Source: Felis catus (Eukaryota). Taken from it: a stretch of DNA of 64,000 nt. The stretch spans positions 191,334,001-191,398,000 of the forward strand of contig NC_058368.1 of assembly GCF_018350175.1 (NCBI RefSeq), written 5' to 3'. Position numbers and translations under genes: made by a program. Numbering within the stretch: the first letter of the stretch is position 1; each line of letters begins with the position of its first letter. This document shows positions 37,770-50,990 of the stretch, piece after piece. The notes under the pieces were generated by a model that saw nothing but the letters and a program-made list of their open reading frames with translations, made no database searches and was not told where the DNA came from.

Positions 37770-38330
37770 TTTATTGCCTTGAGTATGTCTACATTTTTTT
37801 CTATTTCCTCACATTTATATCCAGTAATTTGGGATAGTATCCTGGATATTGTGCATGACAGTTTGTGCTGACTTCCATTATGTTCCTCTGAATAGGTGTG
37901 TTTATAGTTGGTGCCATCTGCTTATTTTAGCAGACATTCAGCTGGACTTGGACTCCAAATTCTGCCTGTATTATGGCATCAGCTGAATCCTGTTTGATTC
38001 TTGTAGCTTTCACACTTGCATAGCTCAAGGATCACCTAGTGATTTGGGCAGAGCTTATTACAAGGCTTCGCCTTGGGGTGCTCTCCCTTCTAGATTCTCT
38101 TCTTCACTTTCCAGCTTCTCAAGTAGCCTCAAATTCTGTCTTCCAATTCCTCATACCAATAAAACTACAGGTTTTAGCTCACACAGAAGTAAGAAACCAT
38201 TAAGTAAAAATCATAAAAACAGGACACTCACCCAGTGCCATTCTCTTCTTCCAAGGGTCAACTCCCAGCCCATTTCTGCCTTCTTTAGGTCACTCTCCAT
38301 TGTGTCCACAAAGTTTATACACTTTGAGGT
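37770..38330 (-). mobile_element. Old L1-related (L1ME/HAL1-type) 5' region fragment
   Basis: TATCCTGGATATTGTG, TTATGTTCCTCTGAA, GATTTGGGCAGAG, ACTCACCCAGTGCCATTC. Confidence 0.6.
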
Positions 38331-38974
38331 CTGGCAGTCTCGAGTCACTGCCCTGACTTTCCCTTAGAGTGTTCTAACCATGGCGCTGATAATGGATTAC
38401 GAGTGACTTCTCAGCACTTACAGCCATTTATCTCCACCACAGTTTACCCCAATATACAGCATTTTCATTTTCTAAGTGTGCCATAACATGGAAAAGATTT
38501 AAAAACACCGTCTTAAACAAAGCTACTCTACCTTTTACCTCTTTAGAGCCTGACTTTTTCCCATCAAATAGGGATAATAATGATATCTACCCAAAATAGT
38601 AATATTGTAAGGATTAAATAAGATAATGTAGGTAATGGTAGGTAATATGTGAGATAATGAATATACAGGCATTCATAAAAATCTTGATATACTAATGTTG
38701 TTTATTTTTAAATTATTAATAACTATTAATGCCAATGTAACTCTAACTTTGGTGATTTAAATAATATCACTGATTATTAATGGTACTCTAACTGTAATAG
38801 GAGTATGCCACCCCAAATTACATGAGACCATTCATAGTCTCTATTCATGAGACTATTCATGAGTCTCTTCCTCCACCTTGTAAGGAAAATGTGCCTGCTT
38901 ATTAGGTTCCTGGTTCCTGTATCTGGCTCCTAATGAACTGATAAAGATAAAATCAGTAAGAATGAGAGCTAATT

Positions 38975-39200
38975 TTCCAACACTACCTTATTTTCTAGAG
39001 CATTGCTATACCAGGTACTGTTCTAAGCACTCTATACATAGAAACTTGTTTATTCCTCAAATCAGTATCATGATACTGCCATTATTATCATTTTTTTTTT
39101 TTTTTACCAAAGAGGAAATTGAGACTCAGATTGGTCAAATATCTTGCCCAAAATTAAACAGTTAGAAAGGGCTGGAGGCAAGATTTGAATCCAGGGAATG
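38975..39200 (-). mobile_element. MIR
   Basis: CCAGGTACTGTTCTAAGCAC..GAGGAAATTGAGACTCAGA..CTTGCCCAA..GATTTGAATCCAGG. Confidence 0.8.
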
Positions 39201-39528
39201 CGTTACCAAGATCAGCTTTCTCAACAATCATAATCTGAAGAGTAAAGACACAGAACTAAGGAAAATAAAAAGGTCAAAATAATTTACTCTAAAAGACACA
39301 GGGGACCACCTGATGGAGAAAAACTTGGATCTGTAAAAGAGGAGGAGGCAAAAAGGAAAGTCTAGAAAGGGATGAATTTTGGAGCAAGATCTCTGGAGAG
39401 TCTGAGGCACTCAGCTGAGAACTCTGGGGATGAACAGATTTGGGGAAGATGGATGGAATGTATATCTTTAGCTATGTTGCCGTGCAACATGCTTTGTTTT
39501 GACCTGAGATAAAGATTTAGGTCGCTTT

Positions 39529-39559
<31 letters not shown>

Positions 39560-39709
39560 GTTTCGGGCATGAGATATTTTTGTCTCTGCTAAACGTGATA
39601 TCATACTGACATTGACTCTCAAACCAGTGCAGCTTCATCTGGGTGGTGATGGCGACTCTGACTGTAAAACAGACAACAAGAACCATGAGGCACGATGATA
39701 AAGGGGAGA

Positions 39710-39890
39710 AAATAAGAGGATTTCACACTTAAATGCTAATTTTGACACTTATTAGTCGGGTCCTTAGACAAACTATTTAAATTCTCAATGGGATTGTTTT
39801 CTCATCTGTGAAATGGGAATAATAATGTCTACTTCACAGGTATATCGGTAGGATTAAATGAGATAGTACATAGATATATCATGCACCTAA
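39710..39890 (+). mobile_element. MIR
   Basis: TTTTCTCATCTGTGAAATGGGAATAATAATGTCTACTTCACAGG..GGATTAAATGAGATA. Confidence 0.8.
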
Positions 39891-41334
39891 TAGGGTGTCC
39901 AGCATTGTGAGGGAACAAAACTGTTCAATTTCCTTCCCCTTCCCCTTCTTTCTAAAGTTCTCAAGTCAAAACATCCCCTACAGGGAACAGCTACTGCCTT
40001 ATGAGAAAAATCATTGCCAGAGTATCAGCACTCTGGTTAGTGGCCCAATTACGCTAATGCCTATTAAATTCATGTATATTTCAATAGACCATACATGATA
40101 CCAGGGCCAATAGAGGAGAGAAAAAGGCACAGTGATTAATGAAGCCCCAGAAACAGCCAGCCTGATGCCTCATAAACAACCACATGTTTGTTTACTCATC
40201 CATAATTTGTTTACTTTTCCTTTTTGAGTCCCAAACTCAGACAGCATTGTCAGATGAGAAATTCAATCTGAAGCGATTCCCTAGGCACACTGATCCTGGG
40301 GCAGACCCCACTTTATTTCAGGCTGACAGCTGGCACCTGTGGCCTGCAGTGAAATACTCTCTGACACTGATGAAAAGAGACAGGTGGCAGGGCTGCCACC
40401 AAATGCCACATTTGATTGATAAAGTGATCTAAGTATCACAGGCACCAAGAATGTCATTAGCAATCACTGCTTCCCCTGTAGAAAGCACCCCATGGGCCAA
40501 GAAGGCAACAGAGAATGTAGCCCCTGGGTGTCCACATATACAGACCTATGTGTGTGTGTGTGACTGGACATGGTTCCCAACGCCATGGCTCAAAGAAAGA
40601 GCACAGGATCTGGAGCACAGGAAAGCTGGGTTCCAATGCTGAGTTGGCCGCTGACGAGCGATGGGGCCAAGGGTAAGTCATTAATCTTGCGAACCTCAGC
40701 TTGCATCCTTCTCATCTCCTTTCTGCATGCTGAGCAGTTAAATGCCACTTCCTCAGAGAATCATTCCCTGATCAGCCTCACTCCCAGACCAGTTTCAATC
40801 CCCTTATAATATAGTTGAGTAACACCTTGCATGGTGTTCACATCACACTTGTAATTAGATAAGTGCTGATTACTTATGAACTCAATGCCCATCTTCCCAC
40901 TAAATTATCAACTCCATGAGAGCTGAGACTGCATCTTTCTTGTCAAAGCCAATCTGCCTTGCACATTCATCTCCCCTAAGTCTGTTCATCCCCAAATATC
41001 TCATTCCATGTGCTCCAGACTCTCCAAAGACCTTTCTCCAAAACTCATCCCTTTCTGTTGTTTGTTTTTTTTTTTTTTTTCCTTTCTCACTCCTCTTCTT
41101 TTACAGACCCAGGCTTTTCTCCATCATGTATCCCCCTGACCTTTTTTTGTGGAAATCAGTTTAACCTTTTGGCTTCCCTGGTTCTGTTTCCGTATTTTCC
41201 AGATTGTAGTTTTTGAGAAAATAAACCTTCGTAGGAGATTACCTGGATTTAAGCCTGGGCCCGGCACTTCCTAGATGTAAGACCTTGGGCAAGATGTTGG
41301 ACACACTGGCCCTCTCTCTCTAGAACCTTGATGG

Positions 41335-41720
41335 AAAGCTAGTTTGCACTTAGTGTTCCAGGCCTGCAATGCCCTTCACCTGAATCTTTTCCTGGCAGTC
41401 TCTTTCTGAAGGTTCAGGTCAAACACAACTCCAGCGAGGCTTTCCCTGAGCCCATACCCGTCACTCACGATCCCATTATCCTTTTAAGTTACCTCTGTGG
41501 CACTTAACTCCTGGATAATATGATCTCATCTGCTTACCTGTTTAGCCTCAGTCTCCCCCTGCAACAGAGAAGTTCCATGAGGACAGTTACCTCTCTCATC
41601 TTGTTAACCACAGTAGCCCAGCCCCGAGGACAGTGCCTGGCAAATAACTGTCCTTTCACCAAATAGATTTGAATACATGAATGAAGCAACAAATGAATTC
41701 ATAAGTAAATGCATGAATGA
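41335..41720 (+). mobile_element. L2 3' end
   Basis: AAGTTCCATGAGGACAG..CAGTGCCTGGCA..TGAATGAA tail. Confidence 0.75.
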
Positions 41721-41782
41721 ACAAAACTCACTGGAGTACAGTAAAGATTAAGTAACAACAACAAAAAAGTGAAAATGTGGTC

Positions 41783-42360
41783 TTGCGTCAGCCAGGGTTC
41801 CCAGTTACAAGCAGGAGAAATCAACTGCGGCTGATCTAAGCACAAAAAGGATTTGATTGAAGGGTATTAGTTAACTCAAAGAATTCCTGGGAGGATTCAG
41901 AATCTGCTACAGGCTGAAAACCAAGTATTTACAACCCAAATCCAGTCACAGAATGATGTGGTAAGAACATCACTGCTACGACTGCCCCCAGGCACCAGAC
42001 AAGGCAGCTTGTGCCACAAGAAAGTCTAATGGTTGGGAGCGGTAGTGGCGGTGAACGGGGGTGCTGACACTGTTGATCCGGGAATCCTCTGGGCACAAAC
42101 ACTGTCCCCACAACAGTCCCTGGGCCCCAGCATCAAGTCATCAGCTCACAGTCCAAGTCTGCAGCAGGTGTAGCCAACTGGCAGACTGTAGGCCAGATGC
42201 CCACCCTATTACTAGGGTGTGGAGAAAGCAAGTGGCCAACAATTTCCGCTTCTGTAACGGAAGAAAGGTTATCACTCCCACCTTGAATCGGCAAGTGAGT
42301 TTTCCAAACACAGGAATGAGGTTCAGACGCTGAACAGTCAACAGTGACGACAAATTTCCA
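41783..42360 (-). mobile_element. Old MaLR LTR (MLT1-type)
   Basis: CAGTTACAAGCAGGAGAAATCAACTGCGGCTGATCTAAGCACAAAAAGGATTTGATTGAAGG matches the reverse complement of an old MLT1 3' end. Confidence 0.6.
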
Positions 42361-43131
42361 TTACAATGCTCAATAAATATTAACCACAAAACAATCCGAT
42401 TACCAAGCGCTTCCCTTTTAGCAAACAACTGACAGTCAATTTTTTGAAAAGGGGAAAGCACAGAAAAACCTACTGCTTAATTCTTTAAAGCGGGACCAAG
42501 TTGGAAACACACACTTTGCAACGTCTTCATGAGTTATTCAGTTTGTCAACTAGCTGGATATTAAATGTGCTTGCGTATTGATTTGAGGGAACTCTTGTCC
42601 TACATAGTTCGGTGCTACACACAGCACACATGCAAAATCATTAAAGAGGTTTGTCGCCGCCACAGCTCTGGGGATGCAAGCTTGCTCCCAAAGACGCCAG
42701 GCCATTTTCGTGGCCTGCTGCTCACCACGGAAAGAACCTTCAACTGCTTTCCAAAAATGCAGATGTCAAAGGCTCTTTACTGAGGCACGTGCTGACTTCA
42801 TGGGGCTCTGAACTCTGCAACATTCTCTAACATGAGTTAGCTTCGGGATGCCCAGTCCTATCTGATACAGACTTGATGCAACTATGCATCAAGAAGCCCA
42901 GCCACTCCTAACCAAACTTGATCAATTTGAGTCACTCTCCCTGGAATGTGAATCTTGACAGATATCCTAGAAATACAACAACAACAAAATGGGAGATGGC
43001 GCTCCCTAAATATCCTGGTGCCTAGATCGTGGTTTCATTCAAGTTCCCATTGTTTTTTTGACGCCGGTGCTTAGCTTTCCTTAATTCTGTGAGTTTTTCA
43101 TATATATCATCAGATTCTATTGCTTTAAACA

Positions 43132-43132
<1 letters not shown>

Positions 43133-43168
<36 letters not shown>
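43133..43168. repeat. (TG)n microsatellite
   Basis: About 17 units at the L1 3' end. Confidence 0.95.
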
Positions 43169-43170
<2 letters not shown>

Positions 43171-43525
43171 GAAAACATCCAAATATACTGTCTTAACAAC
43201 TTCCAAGTATACAATAGAATATCATTAACTATAGTTAATGGTAGACATCAGAATCTCCAAAACTCATTCATCTTGTAACTCCCAAGTTTGCACCCTTAAA
43301 TATCATCTTTCCAAATTCCTATCCCCAGCCGCTGGCAACCACCATTCTACTGTGTTTATATGAGTTTAGCTTTTTTTAGATTCCACATATAAGTGAGATC
43401 ATACAGTATTTGTCTTTCTCTGTCTGACATATTTCACTTAGCATACTGCTGTCAAATCTCATCCATGTTGCTGCAAATGGCAGAATTTCATTGTTTTTTA
43501 TGGCTGAATAATATTCCACTAGTGA

Positions 43526-43528
<3 letters not shown>

Positions 43529-43569
<41 letters not shown>
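43529..43569. repeat. (TG)n microsatellite inside the L1
   Basis: About 20 units. Confidence 0.95.
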
Positions 43570-43571
<2 letters not shown>

Positions 43572-46500
43572 TACATGAACATGAATAGGGGGAGGCAAAT
43601 ATCTGTTTGACAGAGTGATTTTATTTTCTTTGAATATATAACCAGAAGAGGGAATTAATGGACCATCTGATATAATTTTTGACAAACTCCATACTGTTCT
43701 TCATAGCAATTAGACCAATTTACATTCCTACCAACAGTACAGAAGCACATTCTTTTCTCCACATTCTCACCAGCACTTATTACCTTTCATCGTTTTGATA
43801 ATAGCTACTTTAACAGGTATGAGGTGTTATTTCATTTTGGTTTTGATTTTCATTTCCCTGATGATTAGTGACGTTGCATATCTTTTCATGTATCTGTTGG
43901 CTACTGGTCTATCTTCTTTGGAAAAACAGTCTACTCAGGTCCTTTGCTCATTTTTTTAATCTTGATTGTTTTTCTGCTATTGAGTTATCTGAGTTCTTTA
44001 ATATATTTTGGATATTAAACCCTTATCAGATGTATGGCTTGTAAATAGTTTCTTCCATTCTGTAAGGTGCCTTTTCACTTTGTTGATGGTTTCTTTTGCT
44101 GTACTGAAGCTTTCTAAATTGATGTAGTCCCATTTGTTTATTTTTGCATTTGCTGCTTGTTTTTGGTGTCATATGTAAAAACTTATTGCCTATTCCAATG
44201 TCCAGGAGCTTTTTCCCTAAGTTTACTTCTAGGGGTTTTATGGCTTCCAGTCTTACATTTAAGTCTTTAATACATTTCTAGTTATTTTTTATGAATGGTG
44301 TAAGGTAAGGGTCTAATTTCCCCAGCACCATTTAGTGAAGAGACTGTCTTTTCTCCATTAAATAGATATGGTTCCTTGTCAAATATTAGTTGACCATCCA
44401 TGCATGGATTTCTTTCTGGGCTCTCACTTCTGTTCCACTGGTCTATGTGTTGTTGTAACATACTGTTTCGACTACTATCGCTTGGCAATATAGTTTGAAA
44501 TCAGGAAGTGTGATGCTTCTAGCTTTCTGTTTCTTTTCTCGGGATGGCCTTGGCTATGCAGGTGCTTGTGTGGCTCCATATAAATTTTAGGATTATTTTT
44601 TCTATTTCTGAGAAAAATTCCATTGGAATTTTGATAGGGATCGCACCACATCTACAGCTTTGGGTACTATGGACATTTTAACGATACTAATTATTCCAAT
44701 CCTTTTAGATGTGCCTTCAACATCTTTCTTCAATATCTTATAGTTTTCAGTATACAGATCTTTCATCTCCTTGGTTAAATTTACTCCTAAGCATGGATTG
44801 GTTTTGTTTGTTCGTTTGTTTTTGATGCTGTTATAAATGGGATTGTTTTATTTCCTTTTTGAATAATTCATTGTCAGTGTGTAAAAATGTAACTGATTTG
44901 TCCATGCTGATTTTGTGTCCTATACCTTTACTAAGTTCCTTTATTAGTTCTAACAGCTTTTCTTTTGCTGAAGTCTTTAGAGCTTTCCATATATAAGATC
45001 ATATCATTTGCAAACATAGACCATTTTATTTCTTCCTCTCTGATTCACCTGCCTTGTGTTTTTTTTTTTTCTTGCCTACTTCTCTGGCTACTATGTTATG
45101 TTGAGTAGGAACGGTGAGAGGCATCCTTGCCTTCTTTCTGATCCTAGAGGAAATGCTTTCAACCTTTCACTATTACAAATGATGTTAGCTGTGGGCTGGA
45201 TATACGTGGCCTTTATTATGTTGAGGTACATTCCTTCTGCATCCAATGTGTTGAGTTTTTATCATGAAAAGGTGCTGAATTTTCAAATACTTTTTATGCA
45301 TCTATTGGGATGTCCATATGGTTTTAAGTTTTATTCTATGTATACGGTGTGTCACATTTACTGATTTGTAGCTGTTGAACCATCCTTGAGGATAAGTCCC
45401 ATTTGATGATGGTATATGATCCTCTTAAATCACTGTTTAATTCAGTTTACTAGTATTTTGTGGAGAATGTTTGCATCTATATTCACCAGGGACATGAGTT
45501 TGCAGTCTTCTTTCCCTGTAGTATCCTCCCCTAGCTTTGATATATGGGTAACACTGGACTCATTAAATGATTTTGGGAATGTTCTCTTGTCTTCAGGGTT
45601 TTTTTTTTAAATATTTTAAGAAGGATTAGCATTAGTTATTTAATGTTTGGTAAAATTCACTAGTGATGCCATCTGCTCCTTGCCTTTTCTGTGTCAGGAG
45701 ATTTTTTGTTACACGTTCAATCTCTTCATTCATTATTGGTCTGTTCAGATTTTCTATTTCTCCATGATTCAGTCTTATTAGGTTGTATGATTCTAGGAAT
45801 TTATTCATTTCTTCTAGTTATCCAATCTGTTGGTGTATAATTGTTCACAGTCGTCTCTTATGATCTTTGGTATCTTTGTGGTATCAGTTGTAATGTCTCC
45901 TGTTTGTTTATGATTTTCTTTATCTGATCTCTATTTTTCTTGGTAAGATTAGTTAAAAGTTTGTCAATTTTGTTTATATTTTCAAAAACCCAACCCTTAC
46001 TTTCACTGGTCTTTTCTATTGCTTTCCTACTCTCCATTTCATTTATTTCTACTGCTAACTTTGGGCTTAGTTTGTTCTTTTTTTTTTGTTCCTTAAGGAC
46101 TTAAGGTATAAAATTAGGTCGTTTTCTTGAGAACTCTCTTTTTTCTCAATGTAGGCTTCAAAATAGAGACTCTGGGGTCTTCTCGGACCCCCCCCCCCCC
46201 TCTCTCTCTCTCTCTCTTTTTGCTGGCTCTCTATCCTGCAAAGTCACGCTAGGTGCTGACCGCCTCCCATTTGCTTTCCCTAAGATGATGCTGAATGCTC
46301 AAGTGGCTGTGTTTTCACTCAATCCCACACAGTAGGGGAGCTCTCTGTACATGTTGACCAGTCAGTCATCTACAAAGGCTGGCACTTGCTACCACTGGGG
46401 GCACACACAGGGTGTCAGCCAAGGGGTAGGGAGTTGTAGGATGAGGCATGAGGAGTGATCCACAGATGAGATGTCCCCAGGGGCTCATGGATGGGCTTCC

Positions 46501-49500
46501 TGATTGGAGTCTGCAAACTGGTTAGCATGGACCAGCGTCCCTATGATGCCCTCCCAGAGCCCTGGCTATTGTCCTCCCAGTCCTACCCTACCTTCCAGTT
46601 GTGTAGCACATCTCTGTTTTCTGGATGAGGCAAAACCAAAATGAGCCTCTCTGGCAGCATCTCACACAGGTGGGGAAGCCAGGCATTCACTAAGTTTTGC
46701 CCATGGGAGACAGTGTGGGCCAAGAAGGTTTCTCTTGCCAAAGAATGAGCTATGCCACTTGAGGGAGAGGTGACAGAGGTAAAGTAAAATTATTCCTCGT
46801 ACCCTCTTCACTGGGTCCAATCTTGGATTTTTTTTTTTTTTTTCCCAACAGTGTGCTAGGACTTCTTTGCTGAATTCTTAGAATTTTCCAAAGGCATTTT
46901 TATCTTTGGGTGATTGTCAAAATCAGTTTACTTCAAGGAGGAAGACAATAGAAAACTCCTTTTCTGCCATTTTGCTGATGTCATCTCACAATGAGCTTTA
47001 AATTACAGTCTCATCTGGAGATAACCTGAAGATGATTAAATTAATGATTAAAGTTTAATTAAGTACTTTTTATATTGCAGGCTTTGGGGCAAATGCTTTA
47101 TAAGCACCATATCACTTTAGCCTTCACAAAACCTTCAAAGTAGATACTCATTTTATATCCAACTTGCAGTTGAGAAAGTTGCAACTTACACAGGTTAACT
47201 TCCTAGCCAAGGATACACTCATGGGAGTGGCTACACGACCCATTCCATCTTAAGCCAAAGTCCATGCACTTGACCCCTATGCACTAGATGATAAGAACGG
47301 GATTCATTCATTCACTCATTCATTCATTCAATAATTATTGACTAGACATTTCCCAAGCAGGAGACTAAGGGCTAAGGTAACAGTGTGGGACAGAAATGGT
47401 ATTAATGTGTGGTGAAACATTCCGGAGCCATGCTAACACCTGGCACAGAACATTTGAGACAGACATAAATGTCAAGTGCTATCATCCTTGGGGGAGGAGT
47501 GAGCATAAGGTGTGCAAGACACAAGGCTTGTGTGGCTACAGTAAATTGAGAGAGGATAAATGAGTAGAAACTGAAGTCAGGTTGAAAGGAAGAATCCAGA
47601 TGCCATGGGAACTTCGGAGTTTGGCTTCCAATTGTCGTTCTATCTCTAACAGTGGTGTGTCCTCAGGAAACTCACTAACCCTGCCAGGGTTGTTTCCTGA
47701 TTTGTAAAAAAGAGAATGGAGATGCAGGAGCAGGGGACCTGAAAGGTCTTTCCTAGTCCTGGCATTCTGTGGTGAGATAGAGAACACAATGGATGACAGG
47801 AAAGACAAAAACTGAATAATGAATCCAGCCTCATCTGGTGGTCACCTTGAACATCTCCATCTTTTTGTGTGTGAGTCAATGTGAGGGTTTATAGATAAAA
47901 TTACTCTTTCCAAATATTGTAGGCCCATCTGATAACATGTTTGTTTCATCATTCATTAAATAGAAGGAGATAAGCCAAATGCCCCTGACATTTACAGCAA
48001 GGAAATTAGAAACATTTTGGAAATCAGTGAAATGCCCACCACTCTGATGAAACATTTTAATCTGATGAAGATCCAGGGTGAGGTATTTATTAAGCGCTTA
48101 CATTTTACTGAATCTTCCAGAGAAACAGCTCCCAGAACGAGCTATTTTGGATGTGAATGGGTCAAATCATCTTCGAACTGCAACAAGACAAAATAATACA
48201 TGAAATTCGGTCACATACATAATGGAAAATGAACCTAAACATATTTCTTATGAGCATCCCTAGTTATGTAAAATAGGCCCAGGAGAATACCTTGGGAGGA
48301 CAACAATCTGATAAGTTAAAGGCACAGACAATGTCTAGAGTCAAGCTTGCGACCCAGTATGTACAAGCTCAAAAAAAAATCTATTCATTACTTCAAGAAA
48401 CTTACATTCTAGAGAAAACCTATAGTTAGGAAGTAATTAATTAAGTATATGAGTCACAGTCTGGAAAATGCTACAATAAAATAGATAGTGTCAAGGAAGT
48501 CCGTGATAAGCTGATGAAGCTATCACATTGTGGAAAGGAAGTGAATTGCATTAACAACAGACAGTAAGTGGTTGAAAGCAAATCTGAACCCAGGTTTTCT
48601 GGTTTTGAAGCTATATGTTATCTTACCAAATGAAATGCTAAGAATAGCTGACATACTTCCAGACTGAATAGTAACCTGGAATTCAGTGCCAAAATACTAA
48701 CAATACTTCTTTATGTCAACTAAGAAAACGTATTATTTGCTGGGATACTAGAAACACCGGCTCAACACAACTGGATAATCTTGCTTATCTCTTCAATAGC
48801 TCCTAAGCTATTAAAAAGCAAAAACCCACAACTTTTATGCCTCATATAGAAATAATTACATAAATGACATTAAATGAAGAGAACTACAAAGACTTTGGAA
48901 TACTTCTGGTGCATGTGTAACTGAGTCTGTTTAGGTTGAAGTATATTCACCGATGAGTGTTTATAATACAAAAGAAATAGAAAAAACAATCCATTAAGGT
49001 GTTGAAGCAATTTTTCACAAAATAGTTATTTGAATGTTTTCTACTTCCTTCTAATTTCTTATAACTCCCCATGAAACTCAGAATACAGAGCATATAATAA
49101 AACTTATCCATTAAAACTAACCAAAAAAGGCCTTCTGATTTTAAAAGCTATAAGAAAACTAAAAAGAATGAAACGAGATTTTTCCTTGATGCTTAGTGAT
49201 TTTACTTTTCATGTGACTGGTCTCAAATACCATATGATTATTCAGTTTAGTAACATATTCCAGCAGCATACGAGAAACATCCATATGCAACCATTTGCAA
49301 ATGTTAAGCTATTCTAACCATCATGGAAGATCATAGTACTTTGACAACATTAAATAAGCAGAAAAGAGGAAAATAAAAATGAGTAGCCCTGGACTCATAA
49401 CTTCAAAACAAGATTATATACAGCTTAACATTAAACCTGATGGAACTGTCAGGGATTATGTTTATTATGATGGTTCTCGTTCAAATGTGACCTTTCACCT

Positions 49501-50329
49501 CAAAATCATTCCAACTAATGAGGGCAAGCATATCTTAAGCCTTAAGTTTTCAATAGCTCTCAACAGTTACCAATGTAAATAAGTATCGGATTGCAGAATT
49601 TCTGAATTGGAAGGGACACTTTGGGTCATCTCTCCCTACGTCCTAATTAATGATATTTGGCTAGTGTTATTTTTAGACCATCAGAACACATGTAGGACGT
49701 AATTTGTTCGTTATGAAAAGTCCATGAGCCAGAGTGAGACTACACTACTTCTGGCCCTTCATGGAGGCCTCCACACCTGCTTCTCCACCACTCTCCAAGG
49801 ATGGGGTACAATGACCCATGGGAGGGATATTCAAAAGACCGTTTCCATTGACCACAGTGCTCCAACAATATCACAGAACCTAATATGTGCTCTGCTGTCT
49901 AATATTCTCTCTTCCTCCCTCTCTAACCTGCAGACACTGGAAACACACTTTGCCTCTACAGCATGCCCAATGGATTAGCAAAGTCCTTCTGCCTCAGTGG
50001 CTGAAGTTGTTCAACTCATTTATCTCAGACGTTCGCCATCTCTTGCACACCCTCTAAGTGTACCCCACTGACACAGAACGTGTGTGATCATTTTTCTGTG
50101 TGAAAGCCTTCTCCAGTTGTACACAGGGGCATTCCAGGGATCCGGACATGCCAGGGATCATGATATGTGGCATGAGAAATATGAAGACGAACGGAAGAAT
50201 TAAAGAATCTCTTACATTCAAGTTTTCTTTGGCAAGAAAGGGAGGGGAATCACAAGGGCACAGGGAAGATGTATGTATGCCATACCTTCAAAGCGGGGGG
50301 AGAACATATACTGTGGTGTAAGCCAAATA

Positions 50330-50990
50330 CTATCAGCACAAAGAAACCAGAGCAAGGAAGTCAATCTGGAGAACCCTAGACGTTTCCATAGGGAGGACCT
50401 TTGGGCTTTAAAGGGCACACAGGTCTTTTCCCAAGGGAGACCAGAGAGAATGACATCATGAAGAGGGAGAAAAATCAGTGGAATATAAGCAGGCAGTGGA
50501 TGCGGGAAATGGAGTGGAAATGTCATGTAATCAGGCAGCACAGTAGGCACACAAAAACGAAGGGCTGAATGAATGATTATTAGGGTAAAGGCTGTGGAGG
50601 CGTGAAGGAGGGTGAAGAACACCAGGAAAAGAGTTTGAGAGTCAGTGCAGAAGAGCTTTCAAGTCTGTGCTGCGACGTAAGGACGGCATCTGGGGAGCAG
50701 TGAGAGTCTGAAGTTTTGACAAGGGGCAGGATGATCTAGATTCATATTTTAGAAAATAACTGAGGGAAAAAACTGTGGGACTGGTTGGAGGATAAGATAT
50801 TAGGGAGAGAGACTATCTCAAGGGCTGAGCTACTTGAAGAATTGAGATTAAATATGATGAGTAAGTGTAATAGACCAGTGATAGAAGAAGAAAAAAAGAA
50901 AAAAGAAGGTATTTGGAAGAGAATATGGCAGTAAATCGCAAAGTCTCTATGAAAGGATAAGGGAGAATATAACATGTTTCTTTTCTGAAT
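50330..50990 (-). mobile_element. L2 fragment
   Basis: Purine-rich; ATGATCTAGATTCATATTTTAGAAAATAACT, GGGAGAGAGACTAT. Confidence 0.6.

Larger units (their letters stand above)
43130..46986 (-). mobile_element. L1 (L1MA9-like 3' UTR) with both termini and a large internal deletion; ORF2 degenerate
   Basis: 3' UTR CTGGCAACCACCATTCTAC..TTTTAGATTCCACATATAAGTGAGATCATACAG; ORF2 remnants (HIDQWNR.ESPE.NP..GQLIFDK) to about 46156; 5' UTR about 46160-46986, whose L1-sense start reads GAGATGACATCAGCAAAATGGCAGA. Confidence 0.9.

Noticed and set aside
43376..45610. L1 ORF2-like peptides (EYYSAIKNNEILPFAATW, HIDQWNR)
   Set aside because: Fragments of a dead L1 with many stops and frameshifts; not a functional reverse transcriptase.
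49379..49582. ORF with YIQLNIKPDGTV, superficially like the FGF motif LQIxPDGTV
   Set aside because: Similarity is limited to a few residues; no other FGF core residues and no convincing splice sites.
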